Below, in pieces: positions 22,770 through 34,714 of a stretch of 47,007 nt of DNA. Numbering within the stretch: position 1 is the stretch's first letter; the number at the start of each line of letters is the position of its first letter. This stretch comes from Malacoraja senta (lineage: Eukaryota). The DNA lies in contig JAXLNO010000434.1 in NCBI GenBank assembly GCA_038087875.1, forward strand, positions 1 through 47,007, read 5' to 3'. The notes under the pieces were generated by a model. The model saw only the letters and a list, made by a program, of their open reading frames with translations. It did not search any database and was not told the DNA's origin. The translations under genes were made by a program, and so were the position numbers.

Positions 22770-23422
22770 TGTGAATGTAAATCTTGAATAAACGCTGTAA
22801 GATTGTACTGTGACGGTAAAATGGTTTGGCCAGGTGGAGTGGATTAAAACAATATGTCTGCTGACCAAAGTTGCTGAATATGTAGTTGCACGTTTCAGGA
22901 AGTTGTGGTCATGAGAAATACACATTGTCCTGCTGTTACTGCATATTCGCGACTATGGTATTACCCGCACCCGTCTGACTGAGATGGCTGGCGCCCAGAA
23001 GGCTGAGGAATGTTCAAACCACCGCGCTCAGAAGGCTGAGGAATATACAAACCGCCTCGCCCAGAAGGTTGAGGAATGTACCTGTCTTATCTCTAGTATT
23101 GTTCCTCTAAATAACATCTCCCTATATGTACGTGCCTGTTATCCTGACCATTGTGTACGTACCTGTTATCCTGACCATTGTGTACGTGCCTGTTATCCTG
23201 ACCAATGTGTACGTGTCTGTTGCTTGATTGGGTAATATGGGAGGCATAAACCGTAGCATTAAAGCATATAAGGCATTACGAATAAAGGTATAGAGCTTGA
23301 CTCTTTGCTAGGTTGCTAACCTGTGTAAAGACTCCTGCTGAATAAACGTACGTTTAAACCAACCCAGGTGTCCGGTCGATGATTGTCGAAACAACCGATG
23401 TAAGCGAAAACCGAGATTCACA
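22770..23422 (+). repeat. Complete ERV LTR (3' role), 653 bp
   Basis: tgtgaat...attcaca terminal inverted repeat; three 33 bp and three 27 bp tandem U3 repeats; TATA-like catataag near 23266; AATAAA at 23281 and 23341. Confidence 0.95.
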
Positions 23423-25396
23423 GCAGAAGGTTCATAAGTTCATAAGTCATAGGCGCAGAATTTGCTCATTCGGCCCATCGAGTCTACTCCACCGTTCAAT
23501 CATCGTCATAGGCGCAGAATCATCTATCTTTCCCTCTCAATCCCATTCTCCTCCCTGTAACATAATAATAATAATAATAATAAACTTTATTTCGGACTCA
23601 AGGTCCAGACAAGGGACAACATTACATAAAAATGCATTGCCTATTAAAAACATCATAAACTACATATAAAATCTTAGTATATCACTTATAAAACCATCAT
23701 AAATTATATATCAAAAAATTAATTAAAAAAAAACACAATACATGAAATAAAATCCAGAATAAAAGAATGATCAATGTCCTACAAGGAGACAACGATACCA
23801 GTGTCTCCACAACTGGGATTCGTAGCGTGTAGTGCTAAACCTTATGTTTGACAAGGCCACAATAATTACATTTTTAGAGTCATTTATCCTGCAAATGAAT
23901 TTATAAATATGATTTCTTAGGATAGCTTCCAAAGTACTGACTCCTGCAGCCACAAACATGTTACCAACACTACACCATCTAGGTTTCCTTAGCAGTGTTC
24001 TCATGGCATCATTATATGACACCTTTAGTCTCTGCAAACTTGTCTTTCCATAGTTCGACCACAGGTGCGCAGTGTAGAGTGGTGTGCAGTATGCTCTAAA
24101 TAGCGACATCTTCACCACATCTGCACACGCACCAAACTTACGCAAGAGAATATTCGCCTGTACATACAGCATGCGTCGTTGCCTATAAATATCCTCATCA
24201 TCTGTCATTTGTTCTGTAATAAAATGCCTTAGATATTTTACCTTATTGCAGACCACTAAGATTATTGTCAGACAATTAAAATCAGGAAATTTTAGACATT
24301 TATCCTCTTTGGTTCTACAGATCATAACAGCACTCTTACCAGCATTATATTTAATATCATGTTCCACACCATACACAGAAATATAGTAAGGAGCTGCTGG
24401 AGACCAGCGCTAGATGGACTAAAGACCACAAGATCATCTGCATACATAATATGGTTCACAAAAGTATTACCCATCATGCACCCAGTATGACAGTCTTTCA
24501 ATTGTTTAGACAGATCATCATATAAAGAATAAAAAGGACTGGGGACAAAAATTCCCCCTTGTCTAACACCATTGCTAACCCCAAATGGGGCTGAGACCCT
24601 ATTGCCCCATTTTATTTTGCATAGTCTGGTGGGCATACCAGTAGGCCAGAATTCTCACAATGTATTTAGGCACCCCTCTTTGACTCATTTTAACAAACAG
24701 CTGTCTGTGATTAACACGGTCAAAGGCTTTGGAAGCATCAATAAAGCACATAATGATTGAAGAGTTTTTGCCTCTATATTTGTTTACAAGCTCCTTTAGG
24801 GCATATATGCATAAGTCAGTGCCATGTTTAGCTTTTAAAACCAAACTGGTTATCTGTGGAGTTAACAAACTCATTTATTCTATCTAGCAGAACTATTTCT
24901 AAACTTTTGACAATATGCTGGCTAAAGCTATGGGCCTGTAATTATTTAGGCTACCTACTTTACCAGCTTTGTCCTTAATGACCGGCATTAAAAGAACAGA
25001 CAACATTGAGTCTGGTAACAAGCCATGAGTCATAAAGCCCTGTAAAACAAATAGCAAGGAGAGGAGCTATCATACTCGCATACTTAAGATGTTCAGCAGA
25101 AATATGATCCAAGGCCACTTGCTTTGTTGTTCGACAGCTTGTTCATGGCATGATACACCTCATGTGACATAATCGCCATTGAGTCATTACTCTCAATGTT
25201 GTCCACCCTATACAAGTCACCTTGGACACAGTTGAATAAAGTACTATAATATTGTTGCCATAACTGTATAGCTGTTCAGGAGATTCCATATACGGTGCAT
25301 GGTAGAGATGTTTGCAACTGTTAAGAGCTCTCACTTCTTTCCAAAAATCTGTAGCATTGTTACTTACCAGCTTCTTAGCCATGGAATCAGCCCTCA

Positions 25397-26776
25397 TAGA
25401 TACATAGATAAATAGAAAATAGGTGCAGGAGTAGGACATTCCGCCCTTCGAGCCTGCACCGCCATTCAATATGATCATCGCTGATCATCCAACTCAGTAT
25501 CCTGTACCTGCCTTCTCTCCATACCCCCTGATCCCTTTAGCCACAAGGCCACATCTAACTCCTTCTTAAATATAGCCAATGAACTGGCCTCAACTACCCT
25601 CTGTGGCAGAGAGTTCCAGAGATTCACCACTCAGTGTGAAAACGTTTTTTCTCATCTCGGTCTTAAGGATTTCCCCCTTATCCTTAAGCTGTGACCCCTT
25701 GTCCTGGACTTCCCCAACATCGGGAACAATCTTCCTGAATCTAGCCTGTCCAACCCCATAAGAATTTTGTAAGTTTCTATAAGATCCCCTCTCAATCTCC
25801 TAAATTCTAGCGAGTATAAGCTGAGTCTATCCAGTCTTTCTTCATATGAAAGTCCTGACATCCCAGGAATCAGTCTGGTGAACCTTCTCTGCACTCCCTC
25901 TACGGCTATAATGTCCTTCCTCAGATTTGGAGACCAAAACTGTACGCAATACTCAGGTGTGGTCTCACCAAGACCCTGTACAACTGCAGTAGAACCTCCC
26001 TGCTCCTACACTCAAATCCTTTTGCTACGAAAGCTAACATACCATTCGCTTTCTTCACTGCCTGCTGCCCCTGCATGCCTACTTTCAATGACTGTTGTAC
26101 CATGACACCCAGGTCTCGCTGCATCTCCCCTTTTCCTAATCGGCCACCATTTAGATAATAGTCTGCTTTCCTGTTTTTGCCACCAAAGTGGATAACCTCA
26201 CATTTATCCACATTATACTGCATCTGCCAAACATTTGCCCACTCACCCAGCCTATCCAAATCACCTTGCAGACTCCTAGGATCCTCCTCACAGCTAACAC
26301 TGCCCCCCAGCTTAGTGTCATCCGCAAACTTGGAGATGTTGCCTTCAATTCCCTCATCCAGATCATTAATATAAATTGTAATAGCTGGGGTCCCAGCACT
26401 GAGCCTTGCGGTACCCCACTAGTCACTGCCCGCCATTGTGAAAAAGACCCGTTTACTCCTACTCTTTGCTTCCTGTTTGCCAGCCAGTTCTCTATCCACA
26501 TCAAAACTGAACCCCCAATACCGTGTGCTTTAAGTTTGTATACTAATCTCTTATGTGGGACCTTGTCGAAAGCCTTCTGAAAGTCCAGATACAACACATC
26601 CACTGGTTCTCCTTATCCACTCTACTAGTTACATCCTCGAAAAATTCTATAAGATTCGTCAGACATGATTTACCTTTCATAAATCCATGCTGACTTTGTC
26701 CAATGATTTCACCACTTTCCAAATGTGCTGCTATCCCATCTTTAATAACTGACTCTAGCAGTTTCCCCACTACCAC
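25397..26776 (-). mobile_element. Young HER1/CR1 LINE nested in the host LINE ORF2
   Basis: Highly similar to 4051-5432; LDFQKAFDKVPH, GVPQGSVLGP. Confidence 0.96.
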
Positions 26777-26796
26777 AAGACATACAGCTTGCTCAT

Positions 26797-29700
26797 TTCA
26801 AGTTGAAGTTCAAGTGAGTTTATGTCATGTGTCCCTGATAAAACAATGAAATTCTTTCTTTGCTTCAGCACAACAGAACATAGTAGGCATTGACTACAAA
26901 AACAGATCAGTGTGTCCATATACCATTCTATAAATAAATACACACATGAATCAATATACTGATAAAGTGCAAATAACAGTTAATTGGCTAATAAAGTTCA
27001 GTGTTTTGTTCGAGCCAGGTTTAATAGCCTGATGGCTGTGGGGAAGTAGCTATTCCTGAACCTGGTCATTGCAGTCTTCAGGCTCCTGTACCTTCTATCT
27101 GAAGGGGTAGTAGGGAGATGAGTGTGTGGCCAGGATGGTGTGGGTCCTTGATGATACTGCCAGCCTTTTTGGGGCAGCGACTGTGATAGATCCCCTTGAT
27201 GGAAGGGAGGTCAGAGCCGATGATGGACTGGGCAGTGTTTACTAATTTTTGTAATCTTTTCGTCTCCAGCACTCTCAAGTTGCCGAACGAAGCCACGATG
27301 CAACCGGTCAGCATGCTCTCTACTGTGCACCTGTAGAAGTTAGAGAGAGTCCTCCTTGACAAACCGACTCTCCGTAATCTTCTCAGGAAGTAGAGGCGCT
27401 GATGTGCTTTCTTAATAATGGCATCAGTGTTCGCGGACCAGGAAAGATCTTCAGAGATGTGCACGCCCAGGAATTTAAAGCTCTTGACCCTTTCAACCAT
27501 GGACCCGTTGATATAAACGGGACTGTGGGTCCCCATCCTACTCCTTCCAAAGTCCACATTCAGTTCCTTGGTTTTGCTGGTGTTGAGGGCCAGGTTATTG
27601 TGCTGGCACCATATGGACAGTTGCTCGATCACTCTTCTATACTCTGACTCATCCCCATCAGTGATATGTCCCACAACAGTGGTGTCGTCAGCGAACTTGA
27701 TGATGGAGTTCGCACTATGTCCGGCTACGCAGTCATGAGTATAGAGTGAGTACAGCAGGGGGCTGAGCACGCAGCCTTGAGGTGCTCCCATGCTGATTGT
27801 TATCGAGTCTGACATATTTGCACCAATACGAACAGATTGTGGTCTGAGAGTGAGGAAGTTGAGGATCCAATTGCAGAGGGATGCGCAGAGACCCAGTTCT
27901 GCGAGTTTGGTAACCAGCTTCGAGGGGATGATTGTATTAAATGCCGAGCTGTAATCGATGAATAACAGCCTGACATATGAGTTTTTGTTGTCCAAGTAGT
28001 CTAGAGCGGAGTGGAGGGCCAGCGAGATCGCATCCACCATTGATCTGTTGTGGCGGTAAGCGAACTGCAGTGGGTCCAGGTTTTTGTCGAGGTAGGAGTT
28101 GATCTGCGCCATGATCAACCTCTCAAAGCACTTCATCACCACAGGCGTTAGTGCCACAGGTCGATAGTCATTGAGGCATGTCACCTTGCTCTTCTTGGGC
28201 ACTGGTATAATTGATGCCCTTTTGAAGCAGGTGGGAACAGACCTCAGAAGTGAGAGGTTGAAAATGTCCGTAAAAACTCCAGCCAGTTGGTCCGCACAGG
28301 TTTTTAGACCATGACCAGGTATACCATCAGGTCCAGGCGCTTTTCGAGGGTTCACCCCTCTGAAGGATTTCCTTACGTCGGCCTCTGTGACTGAGACTGA
28401 AATACCATCACAGCGAATGGGGGCTCGGGAGGGCACATCAGTGTTCTCCCTATCAAAGCGTGCTTAAAACGCATTGAGCTCATCAGGGAGTGATGTTTCG
28501 CTGACATTCGAGCTGCCTCCTGATTTTGACTTGTAAGAGGTGATTGCATTCAGGCCATGCCACAGCTGCCGAACATCTGTCTCTTCCTCCAGTTTGGGGC
28601 AGAAGTCCCTTTTGGCCTTTTTGATGGCCTTACCAAGGTCGTATCTGGGCTTCTTGTAGGCCTCTGTATCATCAGACATGAATGCCCGGTGTCTGGACTT
28701 CAGAAGAGTGCGGATCTCAAAGTTCATCCAAGGTTTCTGATTGGGAAACGCTCGGAAGGTTTTGGTGGGGATGCAGTCGTCCACACACTTCTTAATGAAG
28801 TCTGTAACGACTGTGGCGTATTCGTTCAGGTCCATTGCCGAGTCCTTGAACATTGCCCAGTCTACAGACTCCAAACAGTCCTGGAGTTGTTCCTCTGCTC
28901 CCCCCGACCAGCTCTGTACTGTCCTCACCTCTAGTGGTGCGCTCTTTAATTGCTGCCTGTAGGCAGGAAGCAGCAGCACCGCGGTATGGTCGGATTTACC
29001 GAAGTGAGGGCGAGGGATAGAACGATAGGCATTCTTGATGGTGGTGTAGCAGTGGTCGAGGGTGTTTGGTCCTCTGGTGCAGCAGGAGACATGTTGGTGG
29101 AAGTTAGGGAGTGATTTCTTTAGGTTTGCCTTATTGAAGTCCCCTGCTATGGTGGTGAACGCCTCGGGGTAAGACGTCTGGTGTTTGTTGACCACGGCGT
29201 GCAGCTCCTCAGTGCCAGACGGATGTCTGCCTGGGTGGGATGTAGACCGCGGTCATGATGATGGAGGTGAATTCCCTTGGGAGGTAGTAGGGACGGCACC
29301 TCACCGCCAGATGTTCGAGGTGTGGAGAGCAGGAGTTGGACAGGACTGCCACGTCTTGAGCACCACGCAGAGTTGACCATGAGGCAGATGCCCCCTCCTC
29401 TCCCTTTCCCAGATGCCAGTGTACGGTCCATACGATGGATGGAGAACCCTTCAGGCTGGACCGCTGAGTCTGGGGAGCTGGGGTGAGCCATGTCTCTGTG
29501 AAACAGAACACAGAGCATTCCCTCAGCTCCTTTGATAAAGCAGCCTTGCCCTTAAGTCCTCCACTTTATTTTCAAGGGACTGTACGTTGGCCAGTAAGAT
29601 AGTAGGGAGAAGGGGGCCGAAGTCCCCTGCGCTTCAGCCTGACCGGAAGTCCTGCCCGTCGGCCATGTTTCCGGACACAATGGAGACTTCCCCTTTGTTT

Positions 29701-30147
29701 CCAGGTACTGTGTTTACTGTAACTGCTGTTTCTGCGGACCTGCGCTGGGACGGGGATTCCTTCACAGACGGCAGCTCCAGCTCCGTAACGAACGGGGGTA
29801 CATTCAAAGTCGGCAGCTCCAGCTTCATTGTACCTGGGAGATCCGGCCCGTCGGCTCTGGAGGTCATCCCGGGGTTTCCTGGTACGGTACCTAGGATCCT
29901 CAGTCGGGTCGGGAGTTCCACAGCCAGCGTGGGAAAATTTAAAGTCCGGGGCTCCCGCAGCTGCGGGAGATCGCGAAATTGCCAGCGCTTTCAGCTGCCC
30001 AAGCAGCTTGTCTGAAACGGCACCGATTACTGCCGTTTCCCTGATCCAGGTAAGTTGATAGAAGTTGTAGGTGAACCTTTTCTGTTCTGGTGCTCCGCAA
30101 AAGTCGCCGCGGGCAGGCGCCATACTTCTTCATGGTACCGGGAGTTA
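26797..30147 (-). mobile_element. Near full-length Rex1/Babar LINE nested in the host LINE
   Basis: Endonuclease (LANVQSL, CFTETWL, GDFNKA, GKSDH) and RT ([48 protein letters not shown]) in frameshifted ORFs; (CTTGAA)n tail. Confidence 0.95.
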
Positions 30148-30448
30148 CAGATGAAGCGAACAGCATACATACCTTGCATTAGTGAGCTTCTTGTACTCAA
30201 ACACAGGCCCCTGTCTGGGTCTACCTGCCATAGCCCATGATTTGGTGGCTTCACGGGCTTCAGTATGATACTCAGCTACATACTTATTCCAGCCAGGCCT
30301 GATGTTATGTGTCTTATTTATATGCTTGTAGTAGGGCTTACTACCTACATATAGAGCACTTACTATATCATTATACATGGAGCAGATATCTCTCCTATGC
30401 TTCATATCCTTACAATTAACATTACTACACATTATTGCATCTTTAGGT

Positions 30449-31592
30449 AAATAATAATAATAATAATAATAATACATTTTATTTGTATAGCGCTTTTCAA
30501 GGACTCAAAGTCGCTTAACATGGAGAGTCAAGAACAAAACAAAATAGACCAGTAAGACAGAGATGCAAAGCGGAGGGGGACATGGGACTAAGGGTATGCA
30601 GCGGTGAAGAGATGGGTCTTGAGGCAGGACTGGAGGATGGTGAGGGACTCAGAATTTCGAATCAATTGTGGGAGGGAGTTCCAGAGCCTGGGAGCTGCCC
30701 CGGAGGCTCTGTTTCCAAAAGTGCAGAGGTTGGATTTCGGAATGGAGAGGAGACCGGCTGATGTGGATCTGAGGGACTGTAAGGGTTGGTAGGGGGAGAG
30801 GAGGTCAGTGAGATAAGGGGGGGGCAAGTGGTGAGGGCTTTGTAGGTGAGGACCAGGATTTTGTAGATGATCCGGTGGGAAATGGGAAGCCAGTGAAGTT
30901 CTTTGAGAACTGGGGTGATGTGGTGCCAGGATTTGGTGGGTGATGAGTCGGGCGGCTGCATTCTGGACCAGTTGGAGTCGGTTGATGTTGCTGGAATTAA
31001 TGCCAAAGAGAAGAGAGTTACAGTAGTCCAGTCGAGAGGAGATGAAGGCATGGATGAGTCTTTCAGCAGCGGGGGGTGTGAGAGAGGGTCTGATTTTGGC
31101 AATGTTGCGGAGGTGAAAAAATGATGTTTTGACAACAATGGCGGATGTGACGCTCAAGGGAGAGGGTTGAGTCAAAGATCACGCCAAGGTTGCGGGCCTG
31201 AGGAGATGGGGAGACAGTGGTGCCGTCAATAGTGAGAGTGGGGGTTGTTAATTTTGGTAAGTATTGATTTGGAGCCAATGAGAAATTCTGTTTTGTTATT
31301 GTTTAATTTAAGGAAGTTGAGTTGCATCCAAGATTTGATGGCTGACAGACAGGAGTTGATATGGGAGAGAGGGGGGTGGTGGGGGAACTTGGTGCTGAGA
31401 TAGATCTGGGTGTCATCAGCATAGCAATGGAAGTCCAGGTTGAAGTGACGGAGTATATGACCAAGGGGGAGGATGTAGATGATGAAGAGGAGGGGACCAA
31501 GAACGAAGCTTTGGGGAACGCCTTGAGTGACAGTGGCTGTGGCAGAGGTGTGGTTATGGAGAGAGATGAAGTGGGATCGGTTGGAAAGGTAT
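30449..31592 (-). mobile_element. 5'-truncated L2 LINE nested in the host LINE
   Basis: FFHLRNIAKIRP, HAFISSRLDYCNSLL, LQLVQNAAARL and LHWLP motifs; (ATT)n tail. Confidence 0.93.
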
Positions 31593-32089
31593 GAATATTG
31601 CTTAAAGATTTACCTGTATGGGCATAATAAGCTAGGAGGTCTTTCTTTGTAAGCGTTGACCAGTCCAGTTTTTCTGTATTAAAGGTATTTCTATCTCTGG
31701 ATACCACAGGTATGTGTTCAACATTTATTGTCATAGCAACAAGTATATGATCAGTCATTGCTGCCCCGTACAGAATGCTTATACACCCCAAGGAGGCGTG
31801 TGCATCAGCTGTACTAATACAGTGGTCCAGCCATGACGTAGTGTGCCAGTCTTCACTAATATAAGTATAACTATCTGTAGGTAAAAGCACTTTGCTTGAC
31901 AATATTAAATTATTGTCTTGACAGAACTGAGCCATATGATTGGCAAATAATGAGTTCCTATCTGAGATATCTGCATTCATATCCCCAATGACATATACAC
32001 TACAATAATTATTGTTTTGAATGAAAGAGTAGGTGAAAGCAAGCCTATTTATATATTCATCCTCATTCTGATGGCATTCATAGGGTGTA

Positions 32090-32651
32090 CAGTGGCTTGC
32101 AAAAGTTTTCATACCCCTTGAACTTTTCCACATTTTGTCACATTACAACCACAAACGTAAATGTATTTTATTGGGATTTTATGTGATAGACCAACACAAA
32201 GTGGTGCATAATTGAAGTGGAAGGAAAATGATACATGGTTTTCAAATTTTGTTACAAATAAAAAACTGAAAAGTGTGGCGTGCAAAAGTATTCAGCCCCC
32301 TTTACTCTGATACCCCTAAATAAAATCCAGTGCAACCAATTGCCTTCAGAAGTCACCTAATTAGTAAATAGAGTCCACTTGTGTGTAATCTAATCTCAGT
32401 ATAAATACAGCTGTTCTGTGAAGGCCTCAGAGGTTTGTTAGAGAACATTAGTGAACAAACAGCATCGTGAAGCCCAAGGAACACACCAGACAGGTCAGGG
32501 ATAAAGTTGTGGAGAAGTTTAAAGCGGGGTTAGGTTATAAACAAATATCCCAAGCTTTGAACACATAAAATAAAATACATTTACGTTTGTGGTTGTAACG
32601 TGACAAAATGTGGAAATGTTCAAGGGGTATGAATACTTTTGCAAGCCACTG
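32090..32651 (+). mobile_element. Internally deleted Tc1/mariner (Passport-like IR/DR) element
   Basis: TIRs cagtggcttgcaaaag...cttttgcaagccactg, TA duplications at 32088-89 and 32652-53, an inner direct repeat near 32275, and the transposase start (V)KPKEHTRQVRDKVVEKFKAGLGYKQISQALN at 32467-32562. Confidence 0.92.
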
Positions 32652-32815
32652 TATATACATTCAGGATAACAAATTCCTTGTCGTTGTGAGCAAAGTGTAT
32701 GGCAATGTACCAGTCAGCATCAAGCCGAACCACATTTATTGATGAGTCAAGCTTCTTGTTCCAAACGCAGGTCACGACAGTTGTACGATAGTACCCGAAT
32801 GTTCATTTAGTGAGA

Positions 32816-34183
32816 CTAGTGAGTGCCACTAGCACCAGCAGGCACACTCATTTTCCCCGCGGCAGGCGCAGTGCTTGATCCGATGACTCCAACCCTGCGC
32901 GGCTTGTAATAGCGCCGGACAAATGCACCTTCTGGCCAGAGCTCCGGATTGTACATTTCGCCAACCTCATTACATTCCGCAGATACTTTAAATGAACAAT
33001 AACTACTGTGTACAGTGTCAATCTTTTGACAGGTAAGCTCACGGCCAAGTTTTTCTTTAAGATACACAGATAAAGTTTTGGCGTCTAGATCCGATGAAAA
33101 CTTGGAGGCAAAAACACTCACCAGCTTAGTCTTGATCATGTTGATGTTACCCGCAGCTCCGGTACCAATAATAGGCACAGCATTACTGGATTTCTTTCTC
33201 TGCCCGGTGGTAATAGTGCACAATTTTGGCTTACCAACAGTGTTCTCTGGACCATGACGTTGACCCTTTTTCACAACATGACTCCACTTTTGAGAATCTT
33301 GCAACGTTAAACCACTGGGACTATTCATTGCCTTTGCCCTTTCCACGTTTAAGGCAAGGCCCTCCGCCGCAGCCCTCACTCCAACAACTAAGCCAGAGGC
33401 TCCTGCCAGTGCAGCTCCCAGTGCTGTGTCTGCCATGTCAATGGCTCCATCCATCGCCGCCGACACATCCGGACCCCCGCCCCGAGTCAGGTCAGTGGTG
33501 CACTCCAATGCACCCACTGGAGTAGTGATCAAGGTGCGCTCCAATGCACCCACTCGCCGATCAATTTCCACTGTGATGGCACGAAAATCTTCGCTAACAT
33601 CAGCCTGTAGCTGCATGACGTGCTTCATAGAACAGACCTCAGCGTACAGTTGCTCCATTCTCCGAAGTAGGCTCGAGACATCCATGTTAGAAAATGTCAC
33701 CTGCGGCAGTTCATCCAAGTAATGAGAGACAAATCTGGGAGTATTCTCCCCACACTCATTCATTGCTTTAAGGCAACTCTTTATGTTGTTAACGCCTTTC
33801 TGTGCCCCTTTATGGGAAACGTTCCGCTGTGTAGTGGGGCAGGGTTCAAACAGAACTTTCTTCGAGGACTCTATCCACTCAGAATCAAAAGTGTTTGCAG
33901 CCAGAAGGACGATCTCATCCTGGCTTAAGGTCTTAATCTTTACAGCAAGAAAGTTAAGTAACTCATCCTCAACAATAACCTTACCGTCAACAGTCTTGTA
34001 GATCTCTAGACCTGCCAAGACCAGTAGCAATGCCCGCCATCTTCGCCTGCCGGTTGCCCCTGGCTGATGCACCGGCTCCCCCGCTGCCTCTTGCCCGGCC
34101 CCAAGCTCCACCACCCGCTGCCTGCTGCCCGGCTCCACTGCTCCACACTCTGGGTCTCCGCTGTCCCCAGCTCCAAGCACCAC
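32816..34183 (-). CDS. Uninterrupted ORF1 of the LINE (true start probably near 34000)
   Basis: 455-codon open frame directly upstream of ORF2, with DELLNFL, a predicted coiled-coil segment and the C-terminal SFKV...WPEGAFVRRY motif typical of LINE ORF1 proteins. Confidence 0.8.
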   Translation of the reverse strand: MVLGAGDSGDPECGAVEPGSRQRVVELGAGQEAAGEPVHQPGATGRRRWRALLLVLAGLEIYKTVDGKVIVEDELLNFLAVKIKTLSQDEIVLLAANTFDSEWIESSKKVLFEPCPTTQRNVSHKGAQKGVNNIKSCLKAMNECGENTPRFVSHYLDELPQVTFSNMDVSSLLRRMEQLYAEVCSMKHVMQLQADVSEDFRAITVEIDRRVGALERTLITTPVGALECTTDLTRGGGPDVSAAMDGAIDMADTALGAALAGASGLVVGVRAAAEGLALNVERAKAMNSPSGLTLQDSQKWSHVVKKGQRHGPENTVGKPKLCTITTGQRKKSSNAVPIIGTGAAGNINMIKTKLVSVFASKFSSDLDAKTLSVYLKEKLGRELTCQKIDTVHSSYCSFKVSAECNEVGEMYNPELWPEGAFVRRYYKPRRVGVIGSSTAPAAGKMSVPAGASGTH

Positions 34184-34714
34184 TGCCCCCTGGCCCAGGT
34201 CGGGCCCGTCTCGGACCCCGGCTCCGGCTGCTCGCCGAGCGCAGAACTTGGCACCCCTTCCACCGGGCCTGGACTGCGACTCTCTCCCGCACCACGCTGC
34301 CGTTAAGGACCAGGGTTTTCTTACTGCAGCAACTTCCAGGCGACATTCGCCCGCTCCTCGTAGGGGTAAGTTCCTATCTTAAATATATTGTATAACAATC
34401 TACATTTTACAGTAGCTTTTTGTTTAATCATGAACACTGGAGATGATCCCTCATATTGTACTATTTCATAACCTTTGGTAAATTTTGACCTTGATTAAGT
34501 TTTTCTGGATCATAAATAGATCAATAGGTTTCACTTTAAAAAGGTTCTCAGACCACAACAATTAAGCTTGAGCCATTTCACTGAAAAACATTAATATTAC
34601 TCTGTGCCATTTGTTGCAGAACATCCAACCCATTTGACTCAATGGCTCACTCTAAAATTGGACTAATTAAAAATTTAAAATTCTGAAATAACACCAACAA
34701 AAAACATGCACTTA

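Larger units (their letters stand above)
18750..23422. mobile_element. Rearranged class I (gamma/epsilon-like) endogenous retrovirus
   Basis: Minus-strand LTR-PBS-gag-pol abuts plus-strand env tail-PPT-LTR. Confidence 0.92.
23563..34360 (-). mobile_element. Near full-length two-ORF LINE (Daphne/L2-group-like) fragmented by nested insertions
   Basis: ORF1 32816..34183. ORF2 starts MNIRVLSYNCR at 32806, then endonuclease (GDMNAD, SWLDHC), RT (FIDASKAFDRVNH, GVRQGG, HIMYADDLV) and an (ATT)n tail at 23563-23582. The pieces rejoin in order when the inserts are removed. Clade assignment is tentative. Confidence 0.88.

Noticed and set aside
21858..23235. Short ORFs MPGAQKAEE / MAGAQKAEE in both LTRs as an accessory gene
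   Set aside because: Openness follows from 33 and 27 bp repeat units (multiples of three); no independent evidence of coding.
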